DNA of 64,000 bases from a virus: positions 92,619-156,618 of IMG/VR virus record IMGVR_UViG_3300042691_008788; one strand, written 5' to 3'. Each line of letters begins with the position of its first letter. The stretch's first letter is position 1. Made by a program: the position numbers and the translations under genes. Of the stretch, positions 18,097 to 27,251 are shown piece after piece. The notes beneath the pieces are model-generated. The model was given only the letters and a program-made list of their open reading frames with translations, was not told the DNA's origin and made no database searches.

Positions 18097-19221
18097 TTAC
18101 CTGTTCTTTAGACCTTTGCGTGACAATGCAGATGTGTAGTGCTGCATGATTGGATTGATTGGTGCTGTTTCTTCTGCGAGTTCCTGCTCCTCGTCGCCTG
18201 AGTCGAGGACTACTTCCTCAATAAGATTCTCGGTGACAGGTGCTGGTGCCTTTACGCGACGAGCATTGCCGAAGTATGATTCCTTGAGGACTGCCAACTT
18301 GTCTTCAAACATATCCTCTGAGTCGAACTCAATACCCTCTGCGAGAGTGCGGAGTTTCTCAACTTGGGTGTCTGCAAGACCGTCGCAATATGATTCAAAG
18401 ATATCGTCGCAGCGGAGAGCAAGGATTTCCTTACGGAGTTCCATGTTCTCGTTGACTTGATTGTTTACTTCGTCGCGGAGTTCTTCGTTCTCATCGGAGA
18501 GTTCATCCATGAGATCAACCTTCTCTTCAGGAACCTGAATGAAGTTCTCTTCGAAGATACCCTTCATGCCGTTGAGGAAGTTCTCTGCGATCTCTACCTT
18601 GATACCGCTTTCAAGAACGAGACGATTTTCTTCGACCCATTCTTCAGCGATGTAGGAGATATAGTCATTGACGCGGCTTGAGAGTTCATCAAGAATCTTC
18701 TCGGTGTTCTCAGCGATAGTCTGCTCATATGCCTCTTCAAGGCGAGTAACGATTGCGTCGTAACGCTCGTTGATTGCTGCCTCAAATACTGCAATCGCCT
18801 TGTTCTTGAAGTCTTCGGAGAGATCCTCGCCTTCGAACATTGCACCGATATGCTCCTGCATGGTGAAGTCCGAACGATCTGGAATCTTTGCCTTGCCCTT
18901 GAATGGAACCTTGGAGGCAATGGTTGCCTTGTTCTGAGCAGACTTGTCTTCTGGCTCGGGGAACCTCTTGGTCTTGCCACCGCCGAAGTCAGTATTGGTG
19001 TCGCTTGTTGCAACCACCTCGTACTCCTCAGAGACATCTTCCTCGTCCTCGTCTTCTTCGTCTTCATCGATGAAGTCGTCTTCATCAAATTCTTCTTCGC
19101 CATCTTCAACGAGTTCATCGTCGGTTGGCTCTTCATCATCGATGGTATCGTCCTCATCAACATCGTTGTCAATGTCTTCAAGGATCTCTTCTTCTTCGTA
19201 GAACTCTTCTGGCTGAGGCAT
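18097..19221 (-). CDS. gp22: Prohead core scaffolding protein
   Basis: Acidic N-terminus, LSEDFKNKAIAVFEAA, YIAEEWVEEN and LKESYF; lies between gp21 and gp23. Confidence 0.93.
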   Translation of the reverse strand: MPQPEEFYEEEEILEDIDNDVDEDDTIDDEEPTDDELVEDGEEEFDEDDFIDEDEEDEDEEDVSEEYEVVATSDTNTDFGGGKTKRFPEPEDKSAQNKATIASKVPFKGKAKIPDRSDFTMQEHIGAMFEGEDLSEDFKNKAIAVFEAAINERYDAIVTRLEEAYEQTIAENTEKILDELSSRVNDYISYIAEEWVEENRLVLESGIKVEIAENFLNGMKGIFEENFIQVPEEKVDLMDELSDENEELRDEVNNQVNENMELRKEILALRCDDIFESYCDGLADTQVEKLRTLAEGIEFDSEDMFEDKLAVLKESYFGNARRVKAPAPVTENLIEEVVLDSGDEEQELAEETAPINPIMQHYTSALSRKGLKNR

Positions 19222-19244
19222 TAGAAATCTCCTTTATCTTCCCT

Positions 19245-19252
19245 TATGTATA
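19245..19252 (-). promoter_or_regulatory. Late promoter variant (TATACATA) for gp22-gp23
   Basis: One mismatch to TATAAATA, in the intergenic gap, upstream of an AGGAG SD. Confidence 0.7.
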
Positions 19253-19256
19253 AAAA

Positions 19257-19904
19257 TCAGAGTTTTGATAAGAAGTCCTTGAAGACTTCCAACTTTGCTT
19301 CTTCTAGTTCGCGTGAACTGGCTTTTGTGATGGTCTTCTTGTATGAGGCAATAGCCTTCTCCTGAAGAATACCATTGTTCCAGACCCACTCCTTGCCTTC
19401 CATGATGCCATTGACAAAGGCATTTGGGGCTGATGGATCTGCAACGATGTCTACTGTTGCAAGACTAAAATCGTCCTGAACCTCGTTCACGCCGTTTACT
19501 TGCTTTAAAGAACCCATTCCACGGGATGAAACGCCAAGGCGCACACCCTCATCAATGAGGTTCTTAACAATGTTTCCGAATGGTGTATCAAGAATCTTTG
19601 CCTTTCCATAAACGACAGTTCCATCCATATTCATCTCCTTGATGATATGGGAAACTCTGTCGAGGTTTAGGCTTGGTCCCTGTGGGTGGCCTAGTTCGCC
19701 AAGCGAACGGCTGCTCTTGATGTAGTTGTCGTTGTACTTACCAACCTCACGCTCCATGATGGATTGTGGGTAGATTCGACCATTCTTGTTAATCTGCTCG
19801 GATTCCATGAACACACCACGAATGTAGTAGTTCTTCTTTCCGTTGCCAGCATCTTCAGCAATGGTCTGAATGTTTGTTTCGTTGTGTTCTGTGATTAGTA
19901 GCAT
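19257..19904 (-). CDS. gp21: Prohead protease
   Basis: MLLITE, NKNGRIYP, LGELGHP, GVSSRGMGS and DIVADPSAPNAFV. Confidence 0.97.
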   Translation of the reverse strand: MLLITEHNETNIQTIAEDAGNGKKNYYIRGVFMESEQINKNGRIYPQSIMEREVGKYNDNYIKSSRSLGELGHPQGPSLNLDRVSHIIKEMNMDGTVVYGKAKILDTPFGNIVKNLIDEGVRLGVSSRGMGSLKQVNGVNEVQDDFSLATVDIVADPSAPNAFVNGIMEGKEWVWNNGILQEKAIASYKKTITKASSRELEEAKLEVFKDFLSKL

Positions 19905-19913
19905 AGAAAATCC

Positions 19914-20210
19914 TTAGCGGTACATGCCCTTGTTCTTGGTCTTTGCTGCCTGTTGTGGTGAGAGTTTACCAGACTTGACTGCGGCATTGATGCGTGAACC
20001 AAGGACTTCATCCTTTGGAGATTCAATCGTGCCGTCCTTATCATAATCCTTACCTTCCTCAAGTTCATCGAAAAGGTTCATTCCAACTTCAGCCTTTACA
20101 TCATCAATGTGATCGGCAACGGTGGAGAAAAGAAGGCCATTTGTGATTTCTTTGGCAGAGACGAAATCTTCGTCCATGATTGCCCTGATGAGTTCTCTTG
20201 AATCGGACAT
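19914..20210 (-). CDS. Small prohead core protein (gp67/gp68-like position)
   Basis: Between portal and protease; acidic helical N-terminus and a DYDKDGTIES motif. Confidence 0.6.
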   Translation of the reverse strand: MSDSRELIRAIMDEDFVSAKEITNGLLFSTVADHIDDVKAEVGMNLFDELEEGKDYDKDGTIESPKDEVLGSRINAAVKSGKLSPQQAAKTKNKGMYR

Positions 20211-20231
20211 TTTATTATCTCCTGATTTGAT

Positions 20232-20238
20232 TATCTAT
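20232..20238 (-). promoter_or_regulatory. Late promoter variant (ATAGATA)
   Basis: Directly after the gp20 stop and upstream of the AGGAG SD of 19914..20210. Confidence 0.45.
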
Positions 20239-21914
20239 TATTTCTTGGAGTTTGGTTGTTCTTGGGGCTGTGGCATTTGTGCTTGCATCTGCATTTGAGC
20301 CTGTTGCTGTTGCAACTGCTGCTGCATCTGTATATCACCAGTCATCTGCTGAGTGGTGACTTGGGTCGCTATCTGCGTTGGAATGGCAGTATCGGGATTC
20401 TCTTGCTTCTCTTGCTCGACTTCCTGCGTGATATCCGCGATTTCTTCCTCAGAAAGACGCAGAATATGCTTCTGAACATAAGCCTTAGAGAAGTACTTGC
20501 CGAGATATGGATCTGCACTATTGACGAGATTCAGTCTGTTTGTTAGGATCTCGTTCTCCTTTGCTTCCGTGAAGTATGAATCCTTGCGGAAGTCGAAGCG
20601 AATCATGGGCTGAATGTATTCCCAATCTTCCTTCGTGATGACTCCTTTGAGAAGCAACTGAGTCTTCATGATGTCCATGAATAGTTCACCGAACTTCTTG
20701 CGAAGTCTTTCGATGAATCTGAAGAACTTGAGTTCGTCGCGGGTGATTTCTGCCTGACGGCCCATATTGAAGCCGTTCTGATCAGTCTCAAGTCTTGATG
20801 TGGGAACATTCAATGACTTGTATAGTTTCTTCTGAAAGTACAGGACATCGTCCATCTGTCCAAGATTCTGTCCACCTGGTAGCGTTGAGACTTCGGTTCC
20901 CTTGCCACCTTCGCGGCGAGGCATCCAAAAGTCCTCAAGCATTGTCATGTGCCTACGCTCGTCCTTGAGTTCTCCAGTCGATGCATCATAAACCAACTTA
21001 TTGCGATAGCGGTTCATGATGTCCTTGAGATACTGCTCGGCCTTGTTCTTTGGAAGATTGCCGACATCGATGTAGAAAACTCTTCGCTCTGGAGCGCGAG
21101 ACAACCGATAGATCACAACGGCATCCTCGACCATCTTCAACTGATTGAGTGGCTTGAGTGCCTTGTGAACATAGGATAGGACGCGCTTCTTACCTGAATC
21201 AAACAAACCGCTGTGTGTGTAACAGATCGAATCTGTGGCAATCTTCACACCCTTGGTTGGTGTGGCGGGAGTGAATGCCGCAGTGGTTGTGGATGTTTCC
21301 TCGCGCTCGCTGTAGACAAAGAACTCGTCAACCTTTGTGACAAGATCAGCATTGGTTGCCTTGTCCTTCTTCTTCTGAACATTTCGAACCTTCCTGATGT
21401 GGGTTGATTCGATTGGACGAAGTTCGACAAGACCCTTCTTTGGGTTTTCCTTGTCTATGATCTTGTGATAATAGAGTCTTCCGTCAATGTACCACTTTCG
21501 AAAGATTTCGTATCCTTTATCTTGAAACTTCAGCAGACGAAGGATCTCATCAAACTCTTCTTGGATCTTTGCCTTAATCTTTGGAGAAAGTTTCCTGTCA
21601 TCAACAACGATCTCGACTGGCCTCTTTGTGTCATCGTAGACGATTGCTTCGTTGCAGATGTCATCGATTGCCATTTCAACTTCAGGATACAGGGCCATTT
21701 CCCTGTACTTGCGAATCATGTCGGCTGTTGACTTGATTCCCCCATCGAAATCCATGTAGGAACTAAAGTATACACCAGACGAAATAGGCATAGCCCCGTC
21801 CTCAAGATCAGGAGGGGCAAATGATGCATTTGCCTTAATCTCTTCCTGCTCAAGTTTCGGGGCTGTCCTATCGCCTGATCTACCCAGGCTCCATCCAAAA
21901 AGTTCAAAAGCCAT
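20238..21914 (-). CDS. gp20: Portal protein
   Basis: YREMALYPEV..AIDDICNEAI, WYIDGRLYYHK, YRLSRAPERRVFYIDVGNLPK and EDFWMPRREGGKGTEV. Confidence 0.98.
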   Translation of the reverse strand: MAFELFGWSLGRSGDRTAPKLEQEEIKANASFAPPDLEDGAMPISSGVYFSSYMDFDGGIKSTADMIRKYREMALYPEVEMAIDDICNEAIVYDDTKRPVEIVVDDRKLSPKIKAKIQEEFDEILRLLKFQDKGYEIFRKWYIDGRLYYHKIIDKENPKKGLVELRPIESTHIRKVRNVQKKKDKATNADLVTKVDEFFVYSEREETSTTTAAFTPATPTKGVKIATDSICYTHSGLFDSGKKRVLSYVHKALKPLNQLKMVEDAVVIYRLSRAPERRVFYIDVGNLPKNKAEQYLKDIMNRYRNKLVYDASTGELKDERRHMTMLEDFWMPRREGGKGTEVSTLPGGQNLGQMDDVLYFQKKLYKSLNVPTSRLETDQNGFNMGRQAEITRDELKFFRFIERLRKKFGELFMDIMKTQLLLKGVITKEDWEYIQPMIRFDFRKDSYFTEAKENEILTNRLNLVNSADPYLGKYFSKAYVQKHILRLSEEEIADITQEVEQEKQENPDTAIPTQIATQVTTQQMTGDIQMQQQLQQQQAQMQMQAQMPQPQEQPNSKK

Positions 21915-21937
21915 TCACGATCTCCAAATACTAAAGA

Positions 21938-22507
21938 TTAACCACCTGGGGTGAAGTTGTTCAAGCCAGGTAGCGGTTGTGCGTCTGGCGTTCCGACATT
22001 AGATGTGAAGTAAGAGTATGCAAGAGTGACGCTGAACTCTTCAATCTGATCTGTTGCTTCATATGAAAGATCGATTGGAGAGATGTCAGTTGGGAAGCAT
22101 CCAACCAAAGTATATGCCTTGATTGGCTTTCCTGCACGATCCAACTGATTTACAGTCCAATCTGTGAAGACTGGACCAGCGAAGTTGATGAACTCGTTGG
22201 TAGCAACATTTGTCTGCATCGACTGAATGCTGTTGACCCAAAGTTCAAAAAGATTACGAAGTTGGAACTTATTATCATTGATGAGTGTGATTGTCCAATC
22301 ACCGAAGACGCGGTCGCCAGGTACCTTGATTCTTCTTCCACGGAATGGAATTTCGATGGTTCCTAACGCAGTACCTGGCAATGATGCGGACTTGACAAGG
22401 AACGGAGTGAGTGGGCTTTCCGTTCCACCGATTCTACCCTGAACTTCGAAGAGAGAAGGCTTGACTCCCGCTCCCTGCATTGCATTGGCAAAGTTCTTGA
22501 TGTTCAT
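21938..22507 (-). CDS. gp19: Tail tube protein
   Basis: FLVKSASLPG, PFRGRRIKVPGDRVFGDWTIT and FPTDISPIDLSY..DQIEEFSVT. Confidence 0.95.
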   Translation of the reverse strand: MNIKNFANAMQGAGVKPSLFEVQGRIGGTESPLTPFLVKSASLPGTALGTIEIPFRGRRIKVPGDRVFGDWTITLINDNKFQLRNLFELWVNSIQSMQTNVATNEFINFAGPVFTDWTVNQLDRAGKPIKAYTLVGCFPTDISPIDLSYEATDQIEEFSVTLAYSYFTSNVGTPDAQPLPGLNNFTPGG

Positions 22508-22528
22508 TCTTGATGCTCCCTATAGGCT

Positions 22529-22535
22529 TATTTAT
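22529..22535 (-). promoter_or_regulatory. Late promoter (ATAAATA) upstream of gp19
   Basis: Overlaps the sheath TAA; GGGGAG SD follows. Confidence 0.6.
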
Positions 22536-25282
22536 TCGATGGTGGTGAGGTTAAAGTCGCTTCTCACTGCAATGAAGTTCAACTGAATGAAGTTGATGGA
22601 CTTCAATGGCTTGATATAGATGTCTGCAACGAACTGATTCTTATCAATCACTTCAGCAGTATTGTTTGTGTTGTCGCAAACAACCTTGAAATCTGCAATA
22701 CCCCTTTGTGATTGTACACTTGAGAGGAATGGGATTACTAGATTGCGGAACTGAGAACGGGTGAACTCGTCATTGAATTCGAACAATGAGAACTTAGCCG
22801 CCTTAGAAATGGCCTTCTCAAGAGAGATGAACACTCTGCGGACATTGATGCGATCAAAGGCACTTGGTTTGGTTAGAAGAGTCTTGTCACCGAACAATGC
22901 TGTACCAGATCCATCATTGAACTGAACGAAGAAGTTAATTCCGTTCTTATAAAGTTCGTCGCGATCAGGCTTGGAGAAGTTTGTCTCCAACTTGATGGCA
23001 TTGCGGATGATTCCTCTTGCAAATCCCGCTGGCGATTCCCAAGGAATCTCTTGTGCGGAGAGTATTCCAGCAAGATCTGATGATAGAGACATTCTACGCA
23101 ACTGATTATTGAATGTATCAAAGTAGATCTTTCTACCAGCAACAAGCATTGTGTACGAGTTGGAAGGAACTGTTAGATTGGTCTTCCTGAATCCAATGGC
23201 ATTTGCTGTTGCTTGTGCAGAATGTTGAGTTGTGCTTGCTGGCTTTGGTGTTGGAATGACAAGGATGGTATCCTTGCGTGGTTCAATCACCGTATCATAG
23301 ACGATAGATTCTACTGTTGTTGCTGCGCTTGATGTATCAGTTGCAACTGATGATTCTGGTACAAAGATAATATCAACTGCCGAATCATCATCAGCAAAGA
23401 TTGAATATGCATTGCTATACTCAGCGATTGTTGGAGTTGATGCGCTTGATTCACCAAAATAAAGTTGGGATTCATAGAATCCCTTCCTTGTGTAGGTTGT
23501 GCCACCAGGTACATCAACATAAGAATAGAAGATTTCACCGAATGCGGTGGTTGCATCCGATGATGCATTGCCACCACCACTCAAACCAAACGGCTTGGTA
23601 CAGTAAACAAATTTAGAGTTATTATTGATGTAGTCTTTATAGTAGATTGACTCACCATCAAGATTCTTTGCATCCTTTGCCTTTGATAGAAGTTGGAATC
23701 TTTCAAGAAGTCCATTCTTTGGACCAAACTTTCCACCCGTATCAATAACTGCAAAACTTACTTCATCATTTGAACCACCAACACTAAGAGCGAATTCTGA
23801 TGTATTTGGTATCTTATCAAAGATCGCGGTTGATGATGTAAAATCTGCAACAGTTGATGTTGTCTGTGAGTTTACAACTGATGTCTTTCCAAACTGCTTC
23901 ATACCGAATGCAAAGTCTCTTTGGATACCAGTAAGACCACCAACTGTATCAAAGGTAAGACCTATTGCTTGTTGAGTTCCACTGACTGTCTGAACAAATG
24001 TGATTCCACCAGTCAACCCAACAAGAAGATTCCAACCCTTTATAGAAGTAGATGGAGTCCCCGATACTGTGTTGAATATCTTGGAGGCTATAGTTGACCA
24101 TGTGGATCTGTAGGTAACAAATAGATTTGTGCTATCTGTTCCTGTATAGATCAAAGAACCAAAGTTTGATGGAATACCAGATGTTTGGAAGTTCTTGAAC
24201 GCGGCTGGATTTGGTGCTTTTGCGGTTGCTGATGGATTTGCAAATCCAGAGTTCATATTTGTTGAATCTGCATTCAAGAATAACAGATCAACAGCCGCAC
24301 TATTTACAGAATTTACTTTTGCGAATATATTTTTCGAAGGATTCGTTGATGGGTTGAATGTATTGAATGGATTGAACGCTTTGCCTATGGTTGCTGTTGC
24401 ATCCTCAAGAACATAATAATTTCCATTATTTCCATCGGGAATGCTACCAGAACTAGTCAAAGAAAGATTGCTTGAAGTTGTTCCTGTTGCATAGAAGAAC
24501 TTGATTCCTTCTGCGTTTGATAGAGAATCTATAAACTGTGCTGTAGTTTGACTCGTTGGCGGGACAACCGTGACAAGAGTGTATTGATGCGATCCACTTG
24601 TAAATCCCAAAGAAACAAGACCATCAACATCAGGCATATCAAGCCCAATAGTAAAAGGATTTCTTTTTACCTCAAATGTATATCCGATAGTACCCGTGCT
24701 TATACCAGCCATTGTTGCTAGTGCGTATCCGCCAAACAATGTATAATCTGTGTATGCCGTGGTTGTTGTGTTTATTATACCATTTTCACTTGTAGCACCA
24801 TCCCAAACAATGACCTTAAGTGAGTCTCCAAAGTTTCCTGGATATCTACCGCGGAAGTGTGCAATGGATTCGATGCCATCTTGTCCAGAAAATCCTCCCA
24901 ATAGTGCAAACTCTGCCTCATTCTTGATGCTACCATGAGTACAGTTTGCAATACTTGTTATTCCCGCTTCCTTAGAGGTAGAGTTCTTATCCCCACTCTG
25001 AAGGATTCTAATGGCCTTTAGATTATTTGAATAACGAAGGAAATTTGCACCCGCAAAGAAATCTGCCTCACTGTCAACATCAGAAGGATCAAGGGTTGGC
25101 TTTCCATAAAGGGCAGCAAGATTGCTTTCCGATGTGACTCGATTTGCAATCAAACATGGACCCCAATTGAATGTTCCCACCATACCAGCACTGTTGAGAG
25201 ACTCTGGCTGAATGAACTGAGAAAGATCGATCTCCGAAACTTTAACGCCTGGGCTTAGTTGTGTTGGGATTGGACTAGCCAT
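22532..25282 (-). CDS. gp18: Tail sheath protein, long paralogue (916 aa)
   Basis: QLSPGVKVSEIDL, FNWGP, RYPGNFGDSLKV, WESPAGFARG, GDKTL..SAFDRINVRRVF and KPLKSINFIQLNF, with a large central insertion. Confidence 0.93.
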   Translation of the reverse strand: MASPIPTQLSPGVKVSEIDLSQFIQPESLNSAGMVGTFNWGPCLIANRVTSESNLAALYGKPTLDPSDVDSEADFFAGANFLRYSNNLKAIRILQSGDKNSTSKEAGITSIANCTHGSIKNEAEFALLGGFSGQDGIESIAHFRGRYPGNFGDSLKVIVWDGATSENGIINTTTTAYTDYTLFGGYALATMAGISTGTIGYTFEVKRNPFTIGLDMPDVDGLVSLGFTSGSHQYTLVTVVPPTSQTTAQFIDSLSNAEGIKFFYATGTTSSNLSLTSSGSIPDGNNGNYYVLEDATATIGKAFNPFNTFNPSTNPSKNIFAKVNSVNSAAVDLLFLNADSTNMNSGFANPSATAKAPNPAAFKNFQTSGIPSNFGSLIYTGTDSTNLFVTYRSTWSTIASKIFNTVSGTPSTSIKGWNLLVGLTGGITFVQTVSGTQQAIGLTFDTVGGLTGIQRDFAFGMKQFGKTSVVNSQTTSTVADFTSSTAIFDKIPNTSEFALSVGGSNDEVSFAVIDTGGKFGPKNGLLERFQLLSKAKDAKNLDGESIYYKDYINNNSKFVYCTKPFGLSGGGNASSDATTAFGEIFYSYVDVPGGTTYTRKGFYESQLYFGESSASTPTIAEYSNAYSIFADDDSAVDIIFVPESSVATDTSSAATTVESIVYDTVIEPRKDTILVIPTPKPASTTQHSAQATANAIGFRKTNLTVPSNSYTMLVAGRKIYFDTFNNQLRRMSLSSDLAGILSAQEIPWESPAGFARGIIRNAIKLETNFSKPDRDELYKNGINFFVQFNDGSGTALFGDKTLLTKPSAFDRINVRRVFISLEKAISKAAKFSLFEFNDEFTRSQFRNLVIPFLSSVQSQRGIADFKVVCDNTNNTAEVIDKNQFVADIYIKPLKSINFIQLNFIAVRSDFNLTTIE

Positions 25283-25293
25283 TTTCTCTCCTG

Positions 25294-27201
25294 TTAGATG
25301 ATCTCAGTAAAGGTGCTATCTGTTCTTGTTGCAATGAAGTTCAACTGAATGAAGTTGATAGACCGCGCTGGCTTAATGTAAATGTCTGCCACGAACTGAT
25401 TGCGGTCGATGACTTCTCCAGTGTTATTGGTTTCATCACAAATCACTCTGAAGTCGGTGATACCTCTTTGTGCCTGAACATTACGGAGATATGGAATGGT
25501 AAGGTTCCTGAACTGTGAGCGAGTAAACTCATCATTGAATTCGAACAATGAGTATTTAGCGGCTGTGGAGATTGCTTTTTCAAGGGTGATGAAAAGCCGC
25601 CTGACATTGATGCGGTCAAATGCACTTGGCTTCTTCAACATGGTCTTGTCGCCAAAGAGGATGGTTCCCTCTCCGCTGAATGTAGCAACTGGATTTACAT
25701 TTGCGACATAGAGAAGATCTCTTGCTGCTTGGTCTGGATTGAATGCCAACTTGATGACATTCTTGACTGTTCCTCTGTTTAGACCCGCTGGAGAAAACCA
25801 AGATTGTGTTGCAAACTCTGCACGGGCGCAAATACCAGCAATGTCAGCATTGAGCGGAACATAGCGGAACATGTCATTGTACTTGTCGTAGATATATTTC
25901 CAACCGCTATCCATCACGACATAGGAGGAATTGATTCCGTATGTTGTGTTTCTTGTGGTAAGAATGTTATTTGTTGCGACTGATTGTGTCTTGTTTAGAA
26001 CATCTGTAAGAAGTGGAGACACAAACAACACGCAATCCTTGCGTTCATTTACAAGATCAGATAGCAACTTTACTGTGGTTGCATCAGATCGACCAGAGAT
26101 AAGAAGAGAAATATCAACATTGTCTCGGTCGATGAACTTGCTGTATCCCTTAGTGTAGATATTTGCTGTCGATGAAGCAGCACCAGTGCCTCCGCTAAGG
26201 CTATAGCGAGAAACCTTGGCAGCAGCATATCCACCGCTGATATCAGAGAATGTGGTTGTAAGATCTTGTGGAACAGATGCTCCCCAAAGTGTCTCAAGAT
26301 TACCAGCCCAAATGTAGTTCGACTGTGAGTTGATCACCGACGAAACATAGTTTGGTGCGCCGTCATTGTCCCGAGCATCATATGCCTTGGAGACATTTTG
26401 GAATGTCTCAAGAATCGTACCCTTGGTTCCCGTGAATAGACCATCTTCGTCAATGACTACGACATTGAGTTCGTCATTAGAGCCACCCTTTGCGGAGGCT
26501 TGTGTGCTTGTTTCGGCTGTGAGTTGGAATAGATCGGCATACTTACTGCGGAACTTGACATCCGCACTTAGACCGATGACGCTTGCAACATATGTCTTTG
26601 TTGTGACCGTGTTTCCCGCTGCCGAATCGACAAGGAATGTCTGAGAGAACTGATTTGTCTGATAGATCAACTTGTCATTTTCTTCAAGAGTTCCGCCAAG
26701 AACTGTTGAGAATCTGATGGTATTTGTTCCGATTGTTGCTGTTGCTCCAACCACAACAGAAGCCTCACCATTGCCGTCTAGAACCACGACTTTGAGTGAA
26801 TTTCCCAAAACACCAGGATAACGAGCATAGAAGGAAGCAGTTAGACCAGATGCGGCCTCACCACCAAGAACATCCTCATTTACATACTGCAAGCCCGTAA
26901 AGCCAGAGGAGTTTGCATTTGTTTCATCAGATCCAACAGCACGAACAATCCGAAGGTCACGACCATACTGAAGGAAGTTTGCTGCACAGTGAAAATCTAT
27001 TCCGTTTTCATCCCTTAAGGGCTTTCCAAAGATACGGACTAGATCGTCTTCTGAAGTTACGGTTACTATTTTTTCTGCTGGACCCCATTGAAAGACTCCC
27101 GCGATGGCACCAGTGGCAGTTGCCACATTTGGAACAATCGTCGTAAGATCAATTTCCGAATAATTCACACCAGGGCTAAGTTGTACAGGTATTCTGCTCA
27201 T
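25294..27201 (-). CDS. gp18: Tail sheath protein, canonical-size paralogue (635 aa)
   Basis: QLSPGVNYSEIDLT, FQWGP, YPGVLGNSLKV, WFSPAGLNRG, SAFDRINVRRLF and KPARSINFIQLNF. Confidence 0.97.
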   Translation of the reverse strand: MSRIPVQLSPGVNYSEIDLTTIVPNVATATGAIAGVFQWGPAEKIVTVTSEDDLVRIFGKPLRDENGIDFHCAANFLQYGRDLRIVRAVGSDETNANSSGFTGLQYVNEDVLGGEAASGLTASFYARYPGVLGNSLKVVVLDGNGEASVVVGATATIGTNTIRFSTVLGGTLEENDKLIYQTNQFSQTFLVDSAAGNTVTTKTYVASVIGLSADVKFRSKYADLFQLTAETSTQASAKGGSNDELNVVVIDEDGLFTGTKGTILETFQNVSKAYDARDNDGAPNYVSSVINSQSNYIWAGNLETLWGASVPQDLTTTFSDISGGYAAAKVSRYSLSGGTGAASSTANIYTKGYSKFIDRDNVDISLLISGRSDATTVKLLSDLVNERKDCVLFVSPLLTDVLNKTQSVATNNILTTRNTTYGINSSYVVMDSGWKYIYDKYNDMFRYVPLNADIAGICARAEFATQSWFSPAGLNRGTVKNVIKLAFNPDQAARDLLYVANVNPVATFSGEGTILFGDKTMLKKPSAFDRINVRRLFITLEKAISTAAKYSLFEFNDEFTRSQFRNLTIPYLRNVQAQRGITDFRVICDETNNTGEVIDRNQFVADIYIKPARSINFIQLNFIATRTDSTFTEII

Positions 27202-27227
27202 TTGGTTCTCCCGATGATTCTACAATG

Positions 27228-27234
27228 TATGTAG
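27228..27234 (-). promoter_or_regulatory. Late promoter variant (CTACATA) for the sheath genes
   Basis: Intergenic between gp17 and gp18, upstream of a GGGAG SD. Confidence 0.55.
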
Positions 27235-27251
27235 GATTTTTGGTATTTGAA

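Noticed and set aside
19030-19210. TCx/TCATCG-rich quasi-repeat
   Set aside because: It encodes the acidic N-terminus of gp22 and is not a DNA repeat array or CRISPR.
16612-19224. Long alternative-frame and antisense ORFs over gp23 and gp22 (151, 190, 195 aa; poly-Ser 85 aa)
   Set aside because: These are expected by-products of strong codon bias and Asp/Glu runs in highly expressed genes; no SD or protein motifs.
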